From Octopus sinensis (Eukaryota), in NCBI RefSeq assembly GCF_006345805.1, contig NC_042998.1, forward strand, positions 176,576,001-176,640,000: a stretch of 64,000 bases of DNA, in the 5' to 3' direction. This document shows positions 61,841 to 64,000 of the stretch, one piece after another. The notes under the pieces were generated by a model. The model saw only the letters and a list, made by a program, of their open reading frames with translations, had not been told where the DNA came from and made no database searches. A program made the position numbers and the translations under genes. Each line of letters opens with the position of its first letter. The first letter of the stretch is position 1.

Positions 61841-62961
61841 TCAACTGAGATGGCATTCAGGCTAAGAGAAGGAAATTGTTACTAAGTCTGTGTCGGATGA
61901 GTTCACCAACAGTTCAGCAACAGTTCACCAACAGTTCACGAATGCTGCAACTCGCCTCTTCCCCACCTTTTTAAACCTAAGGCTTAAATGCTGATAAAAT
62001 GATAAACAAAATGATAAATGTCTTCTCTGGCAAGATGGATTCATAAAGGTTGATACTTAACTGTAGATTGAATAAAGTTAAGCGGATGAGAAATGATCAG
62101 ATAAATAAACTGAGGCGAGCAGAATTATGTTTTCTTTGTGGAGACAGTCAAACACCTGCAACAGGTATGAACTGAAAACCAAGGGAGGCATTAATTCAAT
62201 ATATCTTGCAGATAGATATTTTCTCCGGGTTGGAGCGAGGAAGTGGGTTGGCAGAATCTTTAGAGTGGCCGACAAAATGCCTTGGTCTATTCATTTCAGA
62301 CTTTATGTTCAGAATTTTTACCTGTAAATAGTGAATATAGAAATCGTTTCTTCAATCTAGGATAGATAACGTAAGCAGTATCATCCTGATATAGATTAAA
62401 AAAAAAAAATAAAGTACTAGTCACTGTAAAGAACCGTGGCTAAGCGTTTAGAGTGCTCGGCTCATGTTCGTTGGTTCAATTCCTGAGTTTGACACATGTT
62501 GTGCTCTTGAACAAGACACATCGTTTCACGTCCCTCCAAACTATTCAGTTGTACATAAGCACCATCTGGGTAGTGGTACAGCTCTCTCTTTCTCTCTCTC
62601 TCTCCCTCTCGCTCACTTCGCTGGTTCAAGAGTTTGAGGGCTTAAAGAAGGTCTATGCTACATAGATACCTAAAACAATTATCGAAAGCATGGTATAAGT
62701 TACCAGGGTGTAGTAGCTCGTGCAGTGGGTTAACAGTGTACAGTACAACTCAAAATCCCCGCCTAACTGTGGGGCAGCATCAACGGATGTCCTACGGGCA
62801 CCTGTTGAGCGGGGATTGGTCTACACTGTCATCACACCTATATCATTTATCTGTATTACTCCATATTACTGTCCAATACTATACATTCAGACACACAATC
62901 ATTCATTTATATATATATATATATATATATACACCTTCCTCGATCTCTCCCTCCCTCACTC

Positions 62962-63007
<46 letters not shown>

Positions 63008-63479
63008 TATTTATCTCACTTTCTATCTTAAAAATTTCTACAAAAGGAAACCAGATCGGAAGCTACTACTAACCGAATGAAACTCCTTTGCCTTGAAAGA
63101 AGAGAGACTCAGTGGATAAACGTAGTTCTAGACACACATTGAGCAAGTGAAAGACGAGATATTGACGGCCATACATCTTTTTAGTCACTGCTGGCCAAGG
63201 TATAAAGAACAATAAATACAAGTCTTGATTTGTTTGTTGTTTCTCTCCTGTCAGACAGTGGAAATAATGCGTTCAGTATTATCCAAAAGTAGATCCCAGA
63301 TGATTAGCAATGAACTGGCCAAAGGTTCCAATCTTTAGTTTTAAAAATATTTTTGGGTTTCGATCTTCCCAAGTACTTAAGAGTGTATTTGTATTCTTTT
63401 CGTGTGTATTTAAATACACACGAATTTGCAAAATGTAAGCATATTTGTGTAAGACGAGATGCTATCAAAGGTTCCCGGA

Positions 63480-63915
63480 CTACTTCTTGGTCTCAAGCAT
63501 TTGTCTTATGAAGAAAGGCTGAAGACGCTTGACCTTTTTTCTCTCGAAAAACGACGACGCCGTGGTGATCTCATTCTCGCTCACAACATCATAAGCAGAA
63601 AGTGTAACCTCTCGAAAGAGCTGTTCTTCACTCCTGCTCCAGAGCGTGGGCTGCGGGGTCACTCCGAAAAGCTCTATCTACGACGATTTCATCTCAATCG
63701 AAGGAGAGGGGCTTTCTCCGTCCGGGTTGCGGATCCGTGGAATAAGCTGCCGGACGAGATAGTGAAGATGCCGACCACCGCTCGGTTCAAAGTCTCTCTT
63801 GACCAGAAATGGCCTGAACTCTTTGTATGACCAACCTCCCAGTACATAACTCCCTGTCCCCCTACATGGCCTTGCTTTTGCTTTTTGAGCCAATAAAAAT
63901 GAAATGAAATTAAAT
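63480..63915 (+). mobile_element. CR1-clade LINE 3' end
   Basis: LKHLSYEERLKTLDLFSLEKRRRRGDLI...LRGHSEKL...FSVRVADPWNKLP, followed by a short 3' UTR and (AAATG/AAATT)n tail. Confidence 0.92.
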
Positions 63916-64000
63916 TAAATTAAATTTTAAAAAATTAAAATTAAATTAAATTAGTTATGTTTAATAAAAAAAATACTTTATTTACTCTAGTGTTAACATC

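Overview
AT-rich, repeat-saturated eukaryotic (animal) DNA with no prokaryotic features, rRNA, bona fide tRNA or CRISPR. The SINE families, microsatellite load and transposon mix resemble an octopus/cephalopod genome (inference from pattern recognition, no database search). Most of the supplied ORFs are microsatellite translations or transposon fragments. Main contents: (1) many tRNA-derived SINEs of at least four families; (2) fragments of L1/Tx1, R4/Dong, CR1, Penelope-like (PLE), Ty3/Gypsy, Tc1/mariner and Helitron elements, plus a MITE; (3) a + strand WD40-repeat gene seen as two clean exons, several stop- or frameshift-containing exon-like blocks and a decayed exon duplicate; (4) two low-confidence LRR-like ORFs on the - strand. 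The most notable unexplained structure is a set of type I hammerhead ribozyme motifs. Two have a complete catalytic core (3034-3140 and 28952-28996, both - strand), one has a single core substitution (50067-50150, -) and one is decayed (43077-43136, +). The two complete ones sit in small tandem or inverted, non-coding PLE/retrozyme-like units. Also notable are a 10-copy array of perfect TTTTCAG|GTAAGT recursive-splice-like sites (9465-9678) and several long palindromes. Coordinates were read by eye, so element edges may be off by some bases.
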